A DNA stretch of 64,000 nt from Candidatus Phycocordibacter aenigmaticus (GTDB lineage: Bacteria > Patescibacteriota > Minisyncoccia > Phycocordibacterales > UBA2163). Under the pieces are notes generated by a model. That model ran no database searches. It saw nothing but the letters and a program-made list of their open reading frames with translations, and was not told the DNA's origin. The DNA is taken from contig DCWL01000011.1 in assembly GCA_002327585.1 (NCBI GenBank), positions 8,746 through 72,745 of the forward strand, read 5' to 3'. Each line of letters begins with the position of its first letter. The first letter of the stretch is position 1. This document shows positions 28,022 to 37,763 of this stretch, piece by piece. The translations under genes and the position numbers were made by a program.

Positions 28022-28826
28022 TAATCACAACCTGCACCCATTTTACTTCGTTCATATTTACCGGATTTTTGAAGAGTACCGTAAGGAACGGGTCAGAAGG
28101 ATCTGATTCAATCTCTTCCACTACCGCAAAAATTTTTGTGCTTATCTTCGGCATCGTAACAATATCCCCTTTCTGAATTTCAGCGCCTCTCGGAAGCTTA
28201 ATGATAAAGTTTCCCCCGCCGATGCCTTCGGCACTGGCGGCTATATTCTCCGGCCCTATAGAAACCTGCGACACTTCCCCCGGAGATGAAAATAGTTTGA
28301 CTGTCGATGTAGTGCGATGTACTTTGTCAACTGTTCCTATAAAAATGTCCTCAAATACCAGCACATTCTCACCCCCTCGGATATCGGCATTTTTGCCAAT
28401 GTCAATTACAAAGGTATCGTAAAAAGATACAGCGGGCCGTGCAAGAACTGTGCCCAAAACAGTATCCTCAATATCAAATATCTGCCTGTTAAATAGTTCA
28501 TTGAGAGAATTATTTTCTTGTTTGAGCAGTTCTGTACTGAGCAATTTAAATTTTATCTCTTTGATCCTCCCTTTAAGGTTTTTGTTCTCTGTGACAAGAG
28601 CTTTCTTTGAGCGCAGAAGCTGTACAGAATTTAAAGTACTTTCAACTGCTACATTTTTGGCACTCCAGAGTGGCGCGCTTATAAAATGCGAGGCTCCTGA
28701 CAGTGCATTCGGGAAAAAAATATGAACAGCAGCTAATATACCTATAATCAGCAATATGGTGGTAAAAGTCTTTGTAGACAACCCTCTGCCGTCTTTACTG
28801 TGATGTAGGGGATAATTGTTCATCAT
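28014..28826 (-). CDS. mreC: Rod shape-determining protein MreC
   Basis: 270 aa with an N-terminal TM, a coiled coil, and a beta-rich C-terminal domain. Downstream of mreB. Confidence 0.75.
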   Translation of the reverse strand: MMNNYPLHHSKDGRGLSTKTFTTILLIIGILAAVHIFFPNALSGASHFISAPLWSAKNVAVESTLNSVQLLRSKKALVTENKNLKGRIKEIKFKLLSTELLKQENNSLNELFNRQIFDIEDTVLGTVLARPAVSFYDTFVIDIGKNADIRGGENVLVFEDIFIGTVDKVHRTTSTVKLFSSPGEVSQVSIGPENIAASAEGIGGGNFIIKLPRGAEIQKGDIVTMPKISTKIFAVVEEIESDPSDPFLTVLFKNPVNMNEVKWVQVVIND

Positions 28827-29874
28827 CGCTTTCTATAAGAATTTCATCGTACGCGTCAATGTCTTCAAGAATTATTCCGGTACCACGCACTACAGCACTC
28901 ATAGGATCATCAGCAATGTACACAGGAAGCTTCAGCGTATCGTGCAGAAGTTCGGGCATTCCGTTTATAAGCGCACCGCCGCCGACAACAAATGCACCTC
29001 TCTGCATGACATCCGAGAGAACTTCAGGAGGGGTCGTCTCAAGCACTTCTTTTGTCGCATCAATAATATGGTCAATGGAGTTCGAAATCGCCTCCCGAAT
29101 ATCAGAGTCAGTAATGACGACCTCGCGCGGGAGACCCGTCACCAGATCCCTTCCCCGCACAACCGATTCAATGGGTGCTTCACCTGCAAGTACTGCACAA
29201 GCCGCAATCTTTAAATTCTCCGCCGTTTTTTCTCCTATCAAAATCTTAAGCTCGCTTCTTATGTAGGAGATTATGTCAGAGTTAAATTTGTCTCCTGCAA
29301 TGCGCACATTCTTTGAACGCACAATACCATTTAATGCAACGACAGCAATGTCAGACGTTCCTCCTCCAATGTCAATAATCATATTGCCGATTGGCTCTTT
29401 TACAGGAAGCCGTATGCCAATTGTCGCCGCCATTGGCTCTTCCACTATATGGACCTCCCTTGCCCCCGCATTCTTCGCCGCATCGCGCACAGCGCGCGTC
29501 TCAACGCTTGTAATACCCGATGGCACACCGATTACCACACGCGGCCGCAGCACTTTTTTCAGATGCGTCTGTGCTTTGTTTATCAGATATGAGAGCATTT
29601 CCTCCGTCACTTCAAAGTCAGATATCACTCCGTCAACTAAAGGCCTCACGGCAGTAATGTGCCCCGGAGTTCTTCCAAGCATCTCTTTAGCCTGAGAACC
29701 GACGGCAACAACGCGCCCCGTCTTTTGATTGACGGCAACAACTGATGGTTCGTTTATGACAATTCCCCGTCCTCTTAAATATACAAGTGTATTTGCTGTT
29801 CCTAGGTCGATGCCGATGTCATTTGAGAAAAGTCTATAAAATTTATCAAAATATCGTTTTATTTTACTTCGCAT
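28795..29874 (-). CDS. mreB: Rod shape-determining protein MreB
   Basis: 359 aa with actin-fold phosphate motifs GIDLGTANT and DIGGGTSD; full-length MreB similarity. Confidence 0.9.
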   Translation of the reverse strand: MRSKIKRYFDKFYRLFSNDIGIDLGTANTLVYLRGRGIVINEPSVVAVNQKTGRVVAVGSQAKEMLGRTPGHITAVRPLVDGVISDFEVTEEMLSYLINKAQTHLKKVLRPRVVIGVPSGITSVETRAVRDAAKNAGAREVHIVEEPMAATIGIRLPVKEPIGNMIIDIGGGTSDIAVVALNGIVRSKNVRIAGDKFNSDIISYIRSELKILIGEKTAENLKIAACAVLAGEAPIESVVRGRDLVTGLPREVVITDSDIREAISNSIDHIIDATKEVLETTPPEVLSDVMQRGAFVVGGGALINGMPELLHDTLKLPVYIADDPMSAVVRGTGIILEDIDAYDEILIESDDEQLSPTSQ

Positions 29875-29875
29875 G

Positions 29876-31102
29876 TTAACTCACTAACTTAAACAGTTCT
29901 TCTTCAGTGATTTCCTTTGTTTCTCCAGTCCTGCGATCTATAAATTCAAATTTGCCTGTATCTTTATTCCTATCAGACACGATAACTCTATATGGTATAC
30001 CAATTAGGTCACTGTCTGCAAATTTCTCACCAGCACTCATTTCCCTATCGTCATAGAGTACTTCAATATTTGCCTTTTTCAGCTTGTCATATATTTCACC
30101 CGCATCAGAGAGTCCTAGTAAGTGAACCTTAAACGGCGCAACTGATTCAGGCCAGATAAGGCCTTTCTCATCGGAGAGCACTTCTGCAACTGTCCCCATA
30201 ACTCTCCCCAGACCAATGCCGTAACTTCCCATAACTGTCGGCTTGTCCTTTCCGTCTTCCCCCCTGTAAAGGAGTCCTTCGGCTTCAGAGTATTTAGTGC
30301 CGAGAGGAAAAATATTTCCTACTTCAATCGCTTTTTTTTCTACGAGTTTATCTTTATCAAGACCAAGCTCAGCAACTACATCACTTGCAAACACTTCTTT
30401 GTTTATTGCAATTTTCTTTTCCTCGTCAACATAGATAGTATCCTCACCTGCTGAAGAAAGCGTCTGGAATTCATCACTGAATTTAGAAAATGATCCTCCG
30501 CTTGCAAATGTTTTATATGTTATTTCTCCAATACCGACTCGGTCAAAGATTTTTTTGTAGGATTCCGCTACTTTTTCATAAAATTCCTTATGCTCTTCTT
30601 CATTTCTTGAAAAAGAATATAAATCTTTCATTAAAAACTCTCTCCCACGCATAATACCGCTCTTTGCCCGAAGCTCGTTGCGGAACTTTGTCTGAATCTG
30701 GTAAACATATAAAGGAAGATTTTTGTACGAGTTCACATGGTCTGTAAGAATTTTTGACAATGGCTCTTCATGGGTGTTTGCAATGCCAAGCTCATTTCCA
30801 TTCTTTAATTTAGTTTTAAACCAATTATCCATCACTTCATCGTCCCACCGTCCGCTTTTCTTCCAGACTTCCGAATCTTGAAGAGTTGTAAGGAGTACTT
30901 CCTGTCCACCTATGGCATTCATCTCTTCTCTTATAATATTTTCAATATTATTAAGCACGCGGAGACCTAAAGGAAGATATGTGTAAACACCAGCCATCTC
31001 TTTATGGATAAAGCTGCCGCGAATAAGTAATTGGGCATTTTTAGACACCTCATCTCTGGGGGCCTCTTTTCTTGTCTTAGTAAAGAGTTTGCTCTGTAAC
31101 AT
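29876..31102 (-). CDS. proS: Prolyl-tRNA synthetase (short form without an inserted editing domain)
   Basis: 408 aa with the class II ProRS motifs: AGVYTYLPLG, QIQTKFRNELRAKSGIMRGREFLMKDLYSF, and a C-terminal anticodon-binding domain. Confidence 0.85.
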   Translation of the reverse strand: MLQSKLFTKTRKEAPRDEVSKNAQLLIRGSFIHKEMAGVYTYLPLGLRVLNNIENIIREEMNAIGGQEVLLTTLQDSEVWKKSGRWDDEVMDNWFKTKLKNGNELGIANTHEEPLSKILTDHVNSYKNLPLYVYQIQTKFRNELRAKSGIMRGREFLMKDLYSFSRNEEEHKEFYEKVAESYKKIFDRVGIGEITYKTFASGGSFSKFSDEFQTLSSAGEDTIYVDEEKKIAINKEVFASDVVAELGLDKDKLVEKKAIEVGNIFPLGTKYSEAEGLLYRGEDGKDKPTVMGSYGIGLGRVMGTVAEVLSDEKGLIWPESVAPFKVHLLGLSDAGEIYDKLKKANIEVLYDDREMSAGEKFADSDLIGIPYRVIVSDRNKDTGKFEFIDRRTGETKEITEEELFKLVS

Positions 31103-31133
31103 TCTCTAATATTACAGCAAATAAGGAAGGCGG

Positions 31134-32246
31134 TCAAAACAGCTTCAGAATGTCATTGTATGTGACGACAAGCATTAAAAGTATCAGGAGTGCAAAGCCG
31201 ATTGTATTTACTGCATTTACGATTTTTGGTTTTATTGGAGATTTCTTGATTGCTTCTATTAAAATTATAACAAGCCGTCCTCCGTCAAGTGCCGGAAACG
31301 GAAATGAGTTTATGAGCGCTAAATGTATTGAAATAATTGCAGTGAAGTTAAGAAGCGATACAAATCCAAGCTTGGCTGCATCCCCGACAAGTCCTACAAT
31401 CCCTACAGGTCCCGCAATCTGCGAAAGGTCTGCGCTCAATGTAAACATATTTAAAAGAAATCCTCCAAGAGCTATGGCTATTATGTATGTCATTGAGACA
31501 GTGAGTTTTGTTCCTTCTATAAGAGCAATAAGGATGGGGAGTTTTAGAGTGCCAACAGTTCCAATAAACATTCCTATAGCCACACGTTCCGACTCGCCCT
31601 CTACAACACTGCTCTCTGGTACAATTTCAGCAAGTAAAACTTCGCCTGCGCGTTTATATACAAAAGCTATATCTTCACCTTCATTAGAAGCGATAAAATC
31701 AGACACATTCTCGGGATTAAGTATATCAACATTATCGTTTCTTGTTGCCACGCTTAAAATCTCATCTCCCGCTTTGAGGTCAGCATTTTCTGCTGGTGTA
31801 CCTTGTAATATATTTACAATAGTAAGTTTCGCATTGGTAATTTCATATCCTTTGTTCACCACAAGAGGGTCATTGTCAGAGACTGGCATCCCTATAAAAA
31901 ATCCTGCCGAAAATAATATAACTGCCAAAAGCATATTGAATGCAACACCTGCGACGATTACGAGTGCCTGAATCCTCTTCGGTTTGTTTACAAAACTCCT
32001 ATGGCTCTCTGTACCCGATATTGATTCTTTACTTGGATCTTCACCAAAAATTTTCACAAAACCGCCAAATGGAATCCAATTTAGTGAATATTTTGTTTCT
32101 CCCACTTTCTTACTGAAAATCTTTGGTGGAAAGCCAATGCCAAATTCGAGGACTTTAATTCCAGCGCGCTTTGCTGCAATAAAATGCCCAATCTCGTGAA
32201 CAAGAATTAAAACAACAAGAACAATTATGAAAATAATGATTGACAT
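31134..32246 (-). CDS. rseP: Site-2 protease RseP (M50 family zinc metalloprotease with PDZ domain)
   Basis: 370 aa with HEIGH (HExxH) in TM1, a PDZ-like central region, and a C-terminal LDGG motif. Confidence 0.8.
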   Translation of the reverse strand: MSIIIFIIVLVVLILVHEIGHFIAAKRAGIKVLEFGIGFPPKIFSKKVGETKYSLNWIPFGGFVKIFGEDPSKESISGTESHRSFVNKPKRIQALVIVAGVAFNMLLAVILFSAGFFIGMPVSDNDPLVVNKGYEITNAKLTIVNILQGTPAENADLKAGDEILSVATRNDNVDILNPENVSDFIASNEGEDIAFVYKRAGEVLLAEIVPESSVVEGESERVAIGMFIGTVGTLKLPILIALIEGTKLTVSMTYIIAIALGGFLLNMFTLSADLSQIAGPVGIVGLVGDAAKLGFVSLLNFTAIISIHLALINSFPFPALDGGRLVIILIEAIKKSPIKPKIVNAVNTIGFALLILLMLVVTYNDILKLF

Positions 32247-32249
32247 GAT

Positions 32250-32801
32250 TTACTGCATGATTTCTTTCTCTTTCTTCTCCGCCAAAGTTTCGAGGTTCTT
32301 GATTTCCTCATCCACTATTTTCTGCATTTCGTCTTTGAATCTAAACTTATCATCTTCGCTTATCTCATTTTTTTTCTCTATTTTCTGAATATCATTCCAT
32401 GTATTGTCACGCTCACCTCTCAAGGAAATTTTTGCTTCTTCAAGTTTCTCTTTTACGAGCTTCATGAGAGTTTCTCTAATCTCTGAGGTAAGCTCAGGAA
32501 AAAAGATTCTGATACCTTTCTCATCAACGGAATTGGAGACACTGAGACTTGAATTTGTTATCGCTTTTTCAACTTCAGTAATTTGATTTATATCATAAGG
32601 GGTTATGCGCAGTGTCCTTGCATCCTCCACAAAGACAGTTGCAACCTGATCTATAGGCAGTTTTGAGCCGTATGAATCAACACGGATGCTATCCAGAAGC
32701 GCCGGAGTGGCTCTGCCTGTCCTTATGCCGGATAGCTCATGTTTTAGATAATCTTGAATATCTTTTGCTTTTTGATTTAAGCGCGAGAAATCGTAATTCA
32801 T
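32250..32801 (-). CDS. frr: Ribosome recycling factor
   Basis: 183 aa with RRF fold hallmarks (GIRTGRA ... SLRGERDN). Confidence 0.9.
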   Translation of the reverse strand: MNYDFSRLNQKAKDIQDYLKHELSGIRTGRATPALLDSIRVDSYGSKLPIDQVATVFVEDARTLRITPYDINQITEVEKAITNSSLSVSNSVDEKGIRIFFPELTSEIRETLMKLVKEKLEEAKISLRGERDNTWNDIQKIEKKNEISEDDKFRFKDEMQKIVDEEIKNLETLAEKKEKEIMQ

Positions 32802-32930
32802 TTGCTACAATATATCAAATATCGACCATATTGACAAACATTTGCGCATTATCAGATTAGTGCTATTCTAGGAATAAATTAGTTTTAGAGTACATTTTTA
32901 TATTTATAATATCTGACGGAAAGGAAGTGA

Positions 32931-33431
32931 TTGATAATGAAGATAAAATCATTATTAACAGCTTTTATTGTAATATCTATTATGACATGCTGTATGAGAA
33001 CAACTTTTTCACTTTCTTTGATGGATAAATTCGACAAGGAAGAATCCGGGGAATGGACAACAAGTGAACTTGAGAACAAACTGCCACACTATATAAAGGA
33101 AATTATAGTCCGCGATGTACTAATCTCATGGGAACACAACGACGTTATATACCTCTGCGATGCAGCCCCTTACAAAAGTCCATCAATCTTAATTACTTAT
33201 ATAGATAGAGAGGAATTTTTCAGGAGCAATGTAATCGCCGGACATATGGAGAAATTAGATTTTTTCACCATCTATCCTGATTTGTGGAAAAGAAATTTGA
33301 ATTTTCATTTTGAAAAGAAAGCGGAGGCCTTTTTTTCACCGGTCACTGGAGAACTTACTAAATTCAAGATTAAGATAAAGGGCAGCCAGTGGATTACAAT
33401 ATATGATCTGGGCAAAAGAATTAAAATCTGA
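32931..33431 (+). CDS. Hypothetical secreted or lipoprotein-like protein
   Basis: 166 aa with an N-terminal signal-like segment ending in ...IMTCC (possible lipobox). It has its own terminator and no family. Confidence 0.5.
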   Translation: MIMKIKSLLTAFIVISIMTCCMRTTFSLSLMDKFDKEESGEWTTSELENKLPHYIKEIIVRDVLISWEHNDVIYLCDAAPYKSPSILITYIDREEFFRSNVIAGHMEKLDFFTIYPDLWKRNLNFHFEKKAEAFFSPVTGELTKFKIKIKGSQWITIYDLGKRIKI

Positions 33432-33440
33432 AATACGTAA

Positions 33441-33472
33441 AACCGACATTATGTCTATGTCGGCTTTTTTTA
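33441..33472 (+). terminator. Rho-independent terminator
   Basis: CCGACAT tatgtct ATGTCGG followed by CTTTTTTT. Confidence 0.5.
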
Positions 33473-33473
33473 T

Positions 33474-34142
33474 TTATCCAGTTAGCGCAACATTTTCTAA
33501 AATCATTTTAATGGATGGAGAGCGACCCCTTATGTAGTTACGAGATTTTTGTATTGTATTTAATATATCTGCGGTTTTTTCCAAATCAGATTCTTTATAT
33601 AAAACTGCTTCCAAATCATCCAGAAGCTTAAGTGCTTCCTGCTTATCTTTATTTTCAATAATGTCTTTTAACAATTCCAAGCGCTTCCCTTTAGATGCTT
33701 TTATAAATTTATCTGCCAGAGATTTTTCATCACCTGAAACGCTACCTATTTTAAGAATATGAAGTCGTGATTTGAGAGTCGGCAAAAAAATCTCAAATGA
33801 TGAGATTATTATGAAAAAATGCACGCCCTCTGAAGGTTCTTCAAAGAGCTTTAGAAGCGAATTCTGCGCTTCCGAAGTGATGGATGAAAAAGCAATTACA
33901 AAGATTCTCGTGTTTCCCGAAACTGCTTTTTTGGATGCCAGATTTTGTATTTCCCTTCCGTTGCCAATTCCGAAATTTTCAAATTCATTAAAATAGAAAT
34001 CTGGATTACTTTTAGTCTTAATTTTCAAATCGTTTTCAAAAAAATCATATAGAATAGGTACCGCAGTTTTTTTATCACCCACAAGCGCATATGCATGATG
34101 GAGATTCCCCGTCTTCTTATATGAATTAATTAAAGAGTTCAT
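33474..34142 (-). CDS. holB: DNA polymerase III delta-prime subunit-like (clamp-loader AAA+ without an intact Walker A)
   Basis: 222 aa with LHHAYALVGDKK in place of the P-loop and a TLKSRLH (SRC-like) motif. It is typical of HolB but divergent. Confidence 0.6.
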   Translation of the reverse strand: MNSLINSYKKTGNLHHAYALVGDKKTAVPILYDFFENDLKIKTKSNPDFYFNEFENFGIGNGREIQNLASKKAVSGNTRIFVIAFSSITSEAQNSLLKLFEEPSEGVHFFIIISSFEIFLPTLKSRLHILKIGSVSGDEKSLADKFIKASKGKRLELLKDIIENKDKQEALKLLDDLEAVLYKESDLEKTADILNTIQKSRNYIRGRSPSIKMILENVALTG

Positions 34143-34295
34143 GTATTAAAGATTATCAGGCAGTTTCTCAAGCACTACCTTTATAAACATTCCAGCCTCT
34201 CTGTAAAAACCCCGACCGCAGCAGATATGACAATAATATTATATCATATACTAGTTTGTCTCATTTACTAGATTATATTAGAACCTATTTTGTAT

Positions 34296-34328
34296 GAAAA
34301 AAGACCCATTGATGTTATCGCAGGGTCT
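34296..34328 (-). terminator. Rho-independent terminator for the 34346 gene
   Basis: Minus strand: AGACCC-N15-GGGTCT then TTTTTT. A second hairpin (ACTCTTTA..TAAAGAGT) overlaps the stop codon. Confidence 0.4.
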
Positions 34329-34345
34329 GATTTAGGTAGTACTCT

Positions 34346-34807
34346 TTAATTGACTACTAAAGAGTCTTCCATTCCGTCTTTCTTAAGTCCTTCGATGAGG
34401 CGTTCGTGCCATGCCTTAGGAAGTACACTGATGAGTGTTATACCACGACCAATTGATTTGTTTATAGATGGTTTGGAGGTACAAATGGCAAAAATACAAT
34501 GATGTTTTACAGGATACGGTTTTTTAGTCCATCTCTCACCATGCTTGCCAACACGCACGTACTTCACGGTTAAAGCGAACTCCTCGTTATAAACACTGGC
34601 TTTCAGAAACCCTTTTGAAGCAATCTCTTCAAGATCCGGATAAACGGACTCAAAATATTGATTATCCTCCAGGGTTTCCATGTCGCTTTCTTTTAACTTT
34701 AGGATATCCTCATATTCCGTAGAATATTTGAGAAAAGTATTCCAAATATCATACTCCTTCTCATTTATAGCATTGACCATTTGACGAGCTCTTTGTGCAA
34801 AACCCAT
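34346..34807 (-). CDS. Hypothetical protein, 153 aa, apparently monocistronic
   Basis: The ORF has its own terminator and a 210-bp upstream intergenic region. No recognisable motif. Confidence 0.5.
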   Translation of the reverse strand: MGFAQRARQMVNAINEKEYDIWNTFLKYSTEYEDILKLKESDMETLEDNQYFESVYPDLEEIASKGFLKASVYNEEFALTVKYVRVGKHGERWTKKPYPVKHHCIFAICTSKPSINKSIGRGITLISVLPKAWHERLIEGLKKDGMEDSLVVN

Positions 34808-35017
34808 ATCTACACCCCTTTCTTAAAAAAGTTCAAAAAAATATCAAATTTATATCTAAGCATAATATAGCATAAAGCAATACTTTTGTCAACTGACCAA
34901 TGTATTATGTGAGCAACCTTGTTTTTTTCAAGATGTTTTTGTAGTCATGCCAATTTTTTATAGGAGAATGACCGGTTTATATCATTTATGGATAACTGTT
35001 GATAATTTTTTAGTCTT

Positions 35018-35500
35018 CTATGCCAATAAAAATAAGAAGAGTACGAACAGTACAAAGAATGCTATTGCAAGAAGTATGTTGATAAAGATACCTGTTGCTA
35101 TGCCAATGAGCGAGCCGGCGGCAGTCTTCAGTGCCATTATTTCATTCCCTTTTATAATAAATTCCGCAATAAGTATTCCTACAAAAAGACCCACAAATCC
35201 TCCAAATGGCGGCAAGAAAATAAATCCTAGGATTAACCCTAGGAATCCGAAGAGTAGTCCTTTCTTTGACGCGCCGCTGTATTTGGCTCCTATTATGCCT
35301 GAGAAATAGTCTATTAAAATTGAAGCGATTAGTATTCCGCCAAGAACTCCTAAATTTACAAGAGTCAGATTCACAAATCCGTCAAAAAGACCAAAAATTA
35401 CCGCCATCAAAAACATGTACGGCAGAGCCGGCATCATCGGAACTATTGTCATAAATATTCCAGGAAATATAAGAATTGTAAAAATAATCGGCAGAAGCAT
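35018..35500 (-). CDS. DUF456-like polytopic membrane protein
   Basis: 160 aa, Gly-rich and hydrophobic (GxxxG repeats), resembling DUF456/YqaE-like membrane proteins. Confidence 0.5.
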   Translation of the reverse strand: MLLPIIFTILIFPGIFMTIVPMMPALPYMFLMAVIFGLFDGFVNLTLVNLGVLGGILIASILIDYFSGIIGAKYSGASKKGLLFGFLGLILGFIFLPPFGGFVGLFVGILIAEFIIKGNEIMALKTAAGSLIGIATGIFINILLAIAFFVLFVLFLFLLA

Positions 35501-35747
35501 ATGAAATTACTCAATTATTTTTTCTTCTACAGAAAATGGTTCACCTCTATCAAAGAACTTCGGAAATGACTCCGAGCTCTTATAAAGCACTACAGCAACA
35601 AGTGCCAATATGATAATAAATATAAAAAGAATTACCTTTTTCATTTTTTTTTCTTGGGCTTCTTTTTTTCTCTTCTTGGTCTGTCTCTTCCTTTTGACAT
35701 AGTGTTATTATAGCATTTTAGTCAAAGTTTTTTAATACTCTCTATTA

Positions 35748-35820
35748 GGCTCCGGAGCAGGGATTCGAACCCCAATTTTCAAGACCAAAACTTGACGTCC
35801 TGCCATTAGACGACTCCGGA
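35748..35820 (-). tRNA. tRNA-Gln (anticodon UUG)
   Basis: Reverse complement is TCCGGAGTCGTCTAATGGCAGGACGTCAAGTTTTGGTCTTGAAAATTGGGGTTCGAATCCCTGCTCCGGAGCC. It folds as a cloverleaf with anticodon loop TTTTGGT. CCA is not fully encoded. Confidence 0.75.
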
Positions 35821-35824
35821 ATAT

Positions 35825-36859
35825 TTATTTATCTTGCTTTAAAATCTTGATAATGGCAAGTTCAAGAGGAAGTTGAGGGATGTATGAGCGACCTGTTTCA
35901 TCATAGGCTATAAGAAACTCATTGAGAGTATTTGAGTTGATTTTACCTTTTTCTTCCTTGCTCAACTTTTTCAAAAAGTCAAAATCCTCCTTTCCAAACT
36001 GCTCTCGCAAAACTGCCTCCATATCTTTTGCATATTTTAAAAGCATCACGGAGCGCACTTTATGTAAAATCATTTTCAAAAACATTTTCATATCAATGTT
36101 TTCTTCTACTGCTGTGTTTACCGCTTTCAGCCCTTTCTCAAGTTTACCCTCCCCAATTGCAGAGACAATATCATTTACTAATGTACCTTTGGGAGCGCCA
36201 GCAATCTTCTCCACCTCGGAAACTGAGATTTTTTTATCGGAAGAGGAGGAAAGAATCTTCTGCAGTATCCCCTGCGCGTCGCGGAACGAGCCATCGCCTA
36301 AAAGTGCAATCAAGTCCGCCGCGGCAGACTCTAGAGTAAATCCTTCAGCTTTTGCAATTGCAAGGACTGCGTTTTTAAGGATTTTCTGCGAGGGTTTTTT
36401 AAAAGTGTGAGTCTCGCATCGTGAGATAATGGTCTCCGGCAGTTTTACAATCTCAGTTGTGGCAAGGACAAATATCACATGCTTTGGTGGCTCCTCCAAG
36501 GTCTTCAGGAGTGCGTTAAACGCCTCTTTGGTAAGCATGTGCACCTCATCTATAATGTACACCTTATACGGCGACTCAAACGGCAAAACCGTAACCGCCT
36601 CGCGAAGCGCGCGGATGTCGTCAATTCCCCTGTTTGAAGCCGCGTCTATCTCATGAAGATCATTCGGCGAGCATTTAATCTCCTTTGCTAGAATTCTGGC
36701 AATACTTGTTTTTCCAGTCCCACGAGAGCCGGAGAAAAGATAAGCGTGGGAAATGTTGCCTTGCTTTAAGGCTCCTGAAAGGGCATCAATAATATGCTCC
36801 TGCCCAAGCACATCTTTAAACTCCTGTGGCCGATATTTTCTATAGAGTACCTCTGACAT
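35825..36859 (-). CDS. dnaX: DNA polymerase III subunit gamma/tau, short form
   Basis: Walker A (GSRGTGKTS), DEVH-like (IIDEVHML), and sensor motifs. The real start is MSEVLYRKYRPQEF at 36859; the track ORF is N-terminally over-extended to 37078. It lacks the tau C-terminal domains. Confidence 0.85.
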   Translation of the reverse strand: MSEVLYRKYRPQEFKDVLGQEHIIDALSGALKQGNISHAYLFSGSRGTGKTSIARILAKEIKCSPNDLHEIDAASNRGIDDIRALREAVTVLPFESPYKVYIIDEVHMLTKEAFNALLKTLEEPPKHVIFVLATTEIVKLPETIISRCETHTFKKPSQKILKNAVLAIAKAEGFTLESAAADLIALLGDGSFRDAQGILQKILSSSSDKKISVSEVEKIAGAPKGTLVNDIVSAIGEGKLEKGLKAVNTAVEENIDMKMFLKMILHKVRSVMLLKYAKDMEAVLREQFGKEDFDFLKKLSKEEKGKINSNTLNEFLIAYDETGRSYIPQLPLELAIIKILKQDK

Positions 36860-36884
36860 CGCACCATTATAGCACAGAAACGGT

Positions 36885-37733
36885 TTATTTAAATTTGAAA
36901 TATACTTTGTTGCCGAAGCGGAAGTCGGCGTAGTCAAGTACTGAAAGATTGTATTCATTGAATTCTTCCGAATCAAAAACGGACTGGATATTGTCAAACA
37001 CAAACGACAGATTCTGGTTCTGCCCAAAAAGAATTTTTCCTCCTGTTTCAAGAAGCATTTCGTAATCAGTATCGTCAATCATAGAAAGTGATATTGGAGT
37101 AATCTCTATATCTCTCATTGAAGAAAGGAAGAAGTTAATTTTCTGAAATTTCTCCGTGCTTATAAACTTCATCCCCACAGGATTCTTACCCAAAACCTTA
37201 TCGCTGTCCCAGCCGAAGTAGCGAAAAAAGACATTGCCGGAGAAATGTGGAGCTTCCGTAAATATAAAACCGCTCTCGTCAAGGAAATAGCACTTGTCTT
37301 CATCTTCCACTATCACCTTGTAATTCTCTCCACACCATAGAGCAAAAGGCTTCCTCTCTTCTATATTAACTGTTATAGATTCCAGATCTTCAACTTCAAT
37401 GTTGACTTCTTTAATGCCTTTATATTCTTCAAGAAGTGCTGCTCCAACAGCACTCCTTGGGTAAAGCAGTATGTTTGACTTTGGAAACAAGAAAATCTTC
37501 TTTCCCGAGATCTTCTTTTCCACAAATTCCCTTATTGATTTCTCCGTAATGCTCTGGTTTCCTTTTACAGAGATATTGCTGATATTAAATTTTTCAAACC
37601 CTGATATGTAAACCGCCCCTGCAAAGAAAGCAATAATTATGAAAGCGACGGCGCCGATTTTAAACAAAAGCGCCTTTCTTTTTTTCTTTGCGAGTGGAGA
37701 GCGTCTATGATATTTTCGCCTTATCGTCGTCAT
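36885..37733 (-). CDS. ftsQ: Cell division protein FtsQ/DivIB-like (POTRA domain)
   Basis: 282 aa with an N-terminal basic region, a TM, then ISNISVKGNQSITEKSI, a typical POTRA start. Confidence 0.6.
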   Translation of the reverse strand: MTTIRRKYHRRSPLAKKKRKALLFKIGAVAFIIIAFFAGAVYISGFEKFNISNISVKGNQSITEKSIREFVEKKISGKKIFLFPKSNILLYPRSAVGAALLEEYKGIKEVNIEVEDLESITVNIEERKPFALWCGENYKVIVEDEDKCYFLDESGFIFTEAPHFSGNVFFRYFGWDSDKVLGKNPVGMKFISTEKFQKINFFLSSMRDIEITPISLSMIDDTDYEMLLETGGKILFGQNQNLSFVFDNIQSVFDSEEFNEYNLSVLDYADFRFGNKVYFKFK

Positions 37734-37763
37734 TTATACTTATACTCATGCTAAATACTCATA

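Noticed and set aside
35503-35700. 64-aa ORF apparently encoding MSKGRDRPRREKKKPKKKKMKKVILF... between the DUF456 gene and tRNA-Gln
   Set aside because: Careful reading shows a TGA after 19 codons, overlapping a second ATG (ATGA). It is really a 19-aa poly-basic peptide plus a 45-aa hydrophobic peptide in different frames. Both are too short and unsupported to call, and neither is in the ORF track.
35825-37078. Long N-terminal extensions on dnaX (to 37078), topA (from 40576), miaA (from 46515), rpsP (to 48672), dnaK (to 2548) and the peroxiredoxin (to 46575, giving a CxxC..CC Cys-rich leader)
   Set aside because: These are artefacts of calling ORFs from the first possible start. The conserved N-termini begin at internal ATGs with better spacing to upstream genes or RBS. 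In topA a terminator lies inside the extension. The peroxiredoxin Cys-rich extension lacks an RBS, whereas MPDIKF has GGAGA upstream.
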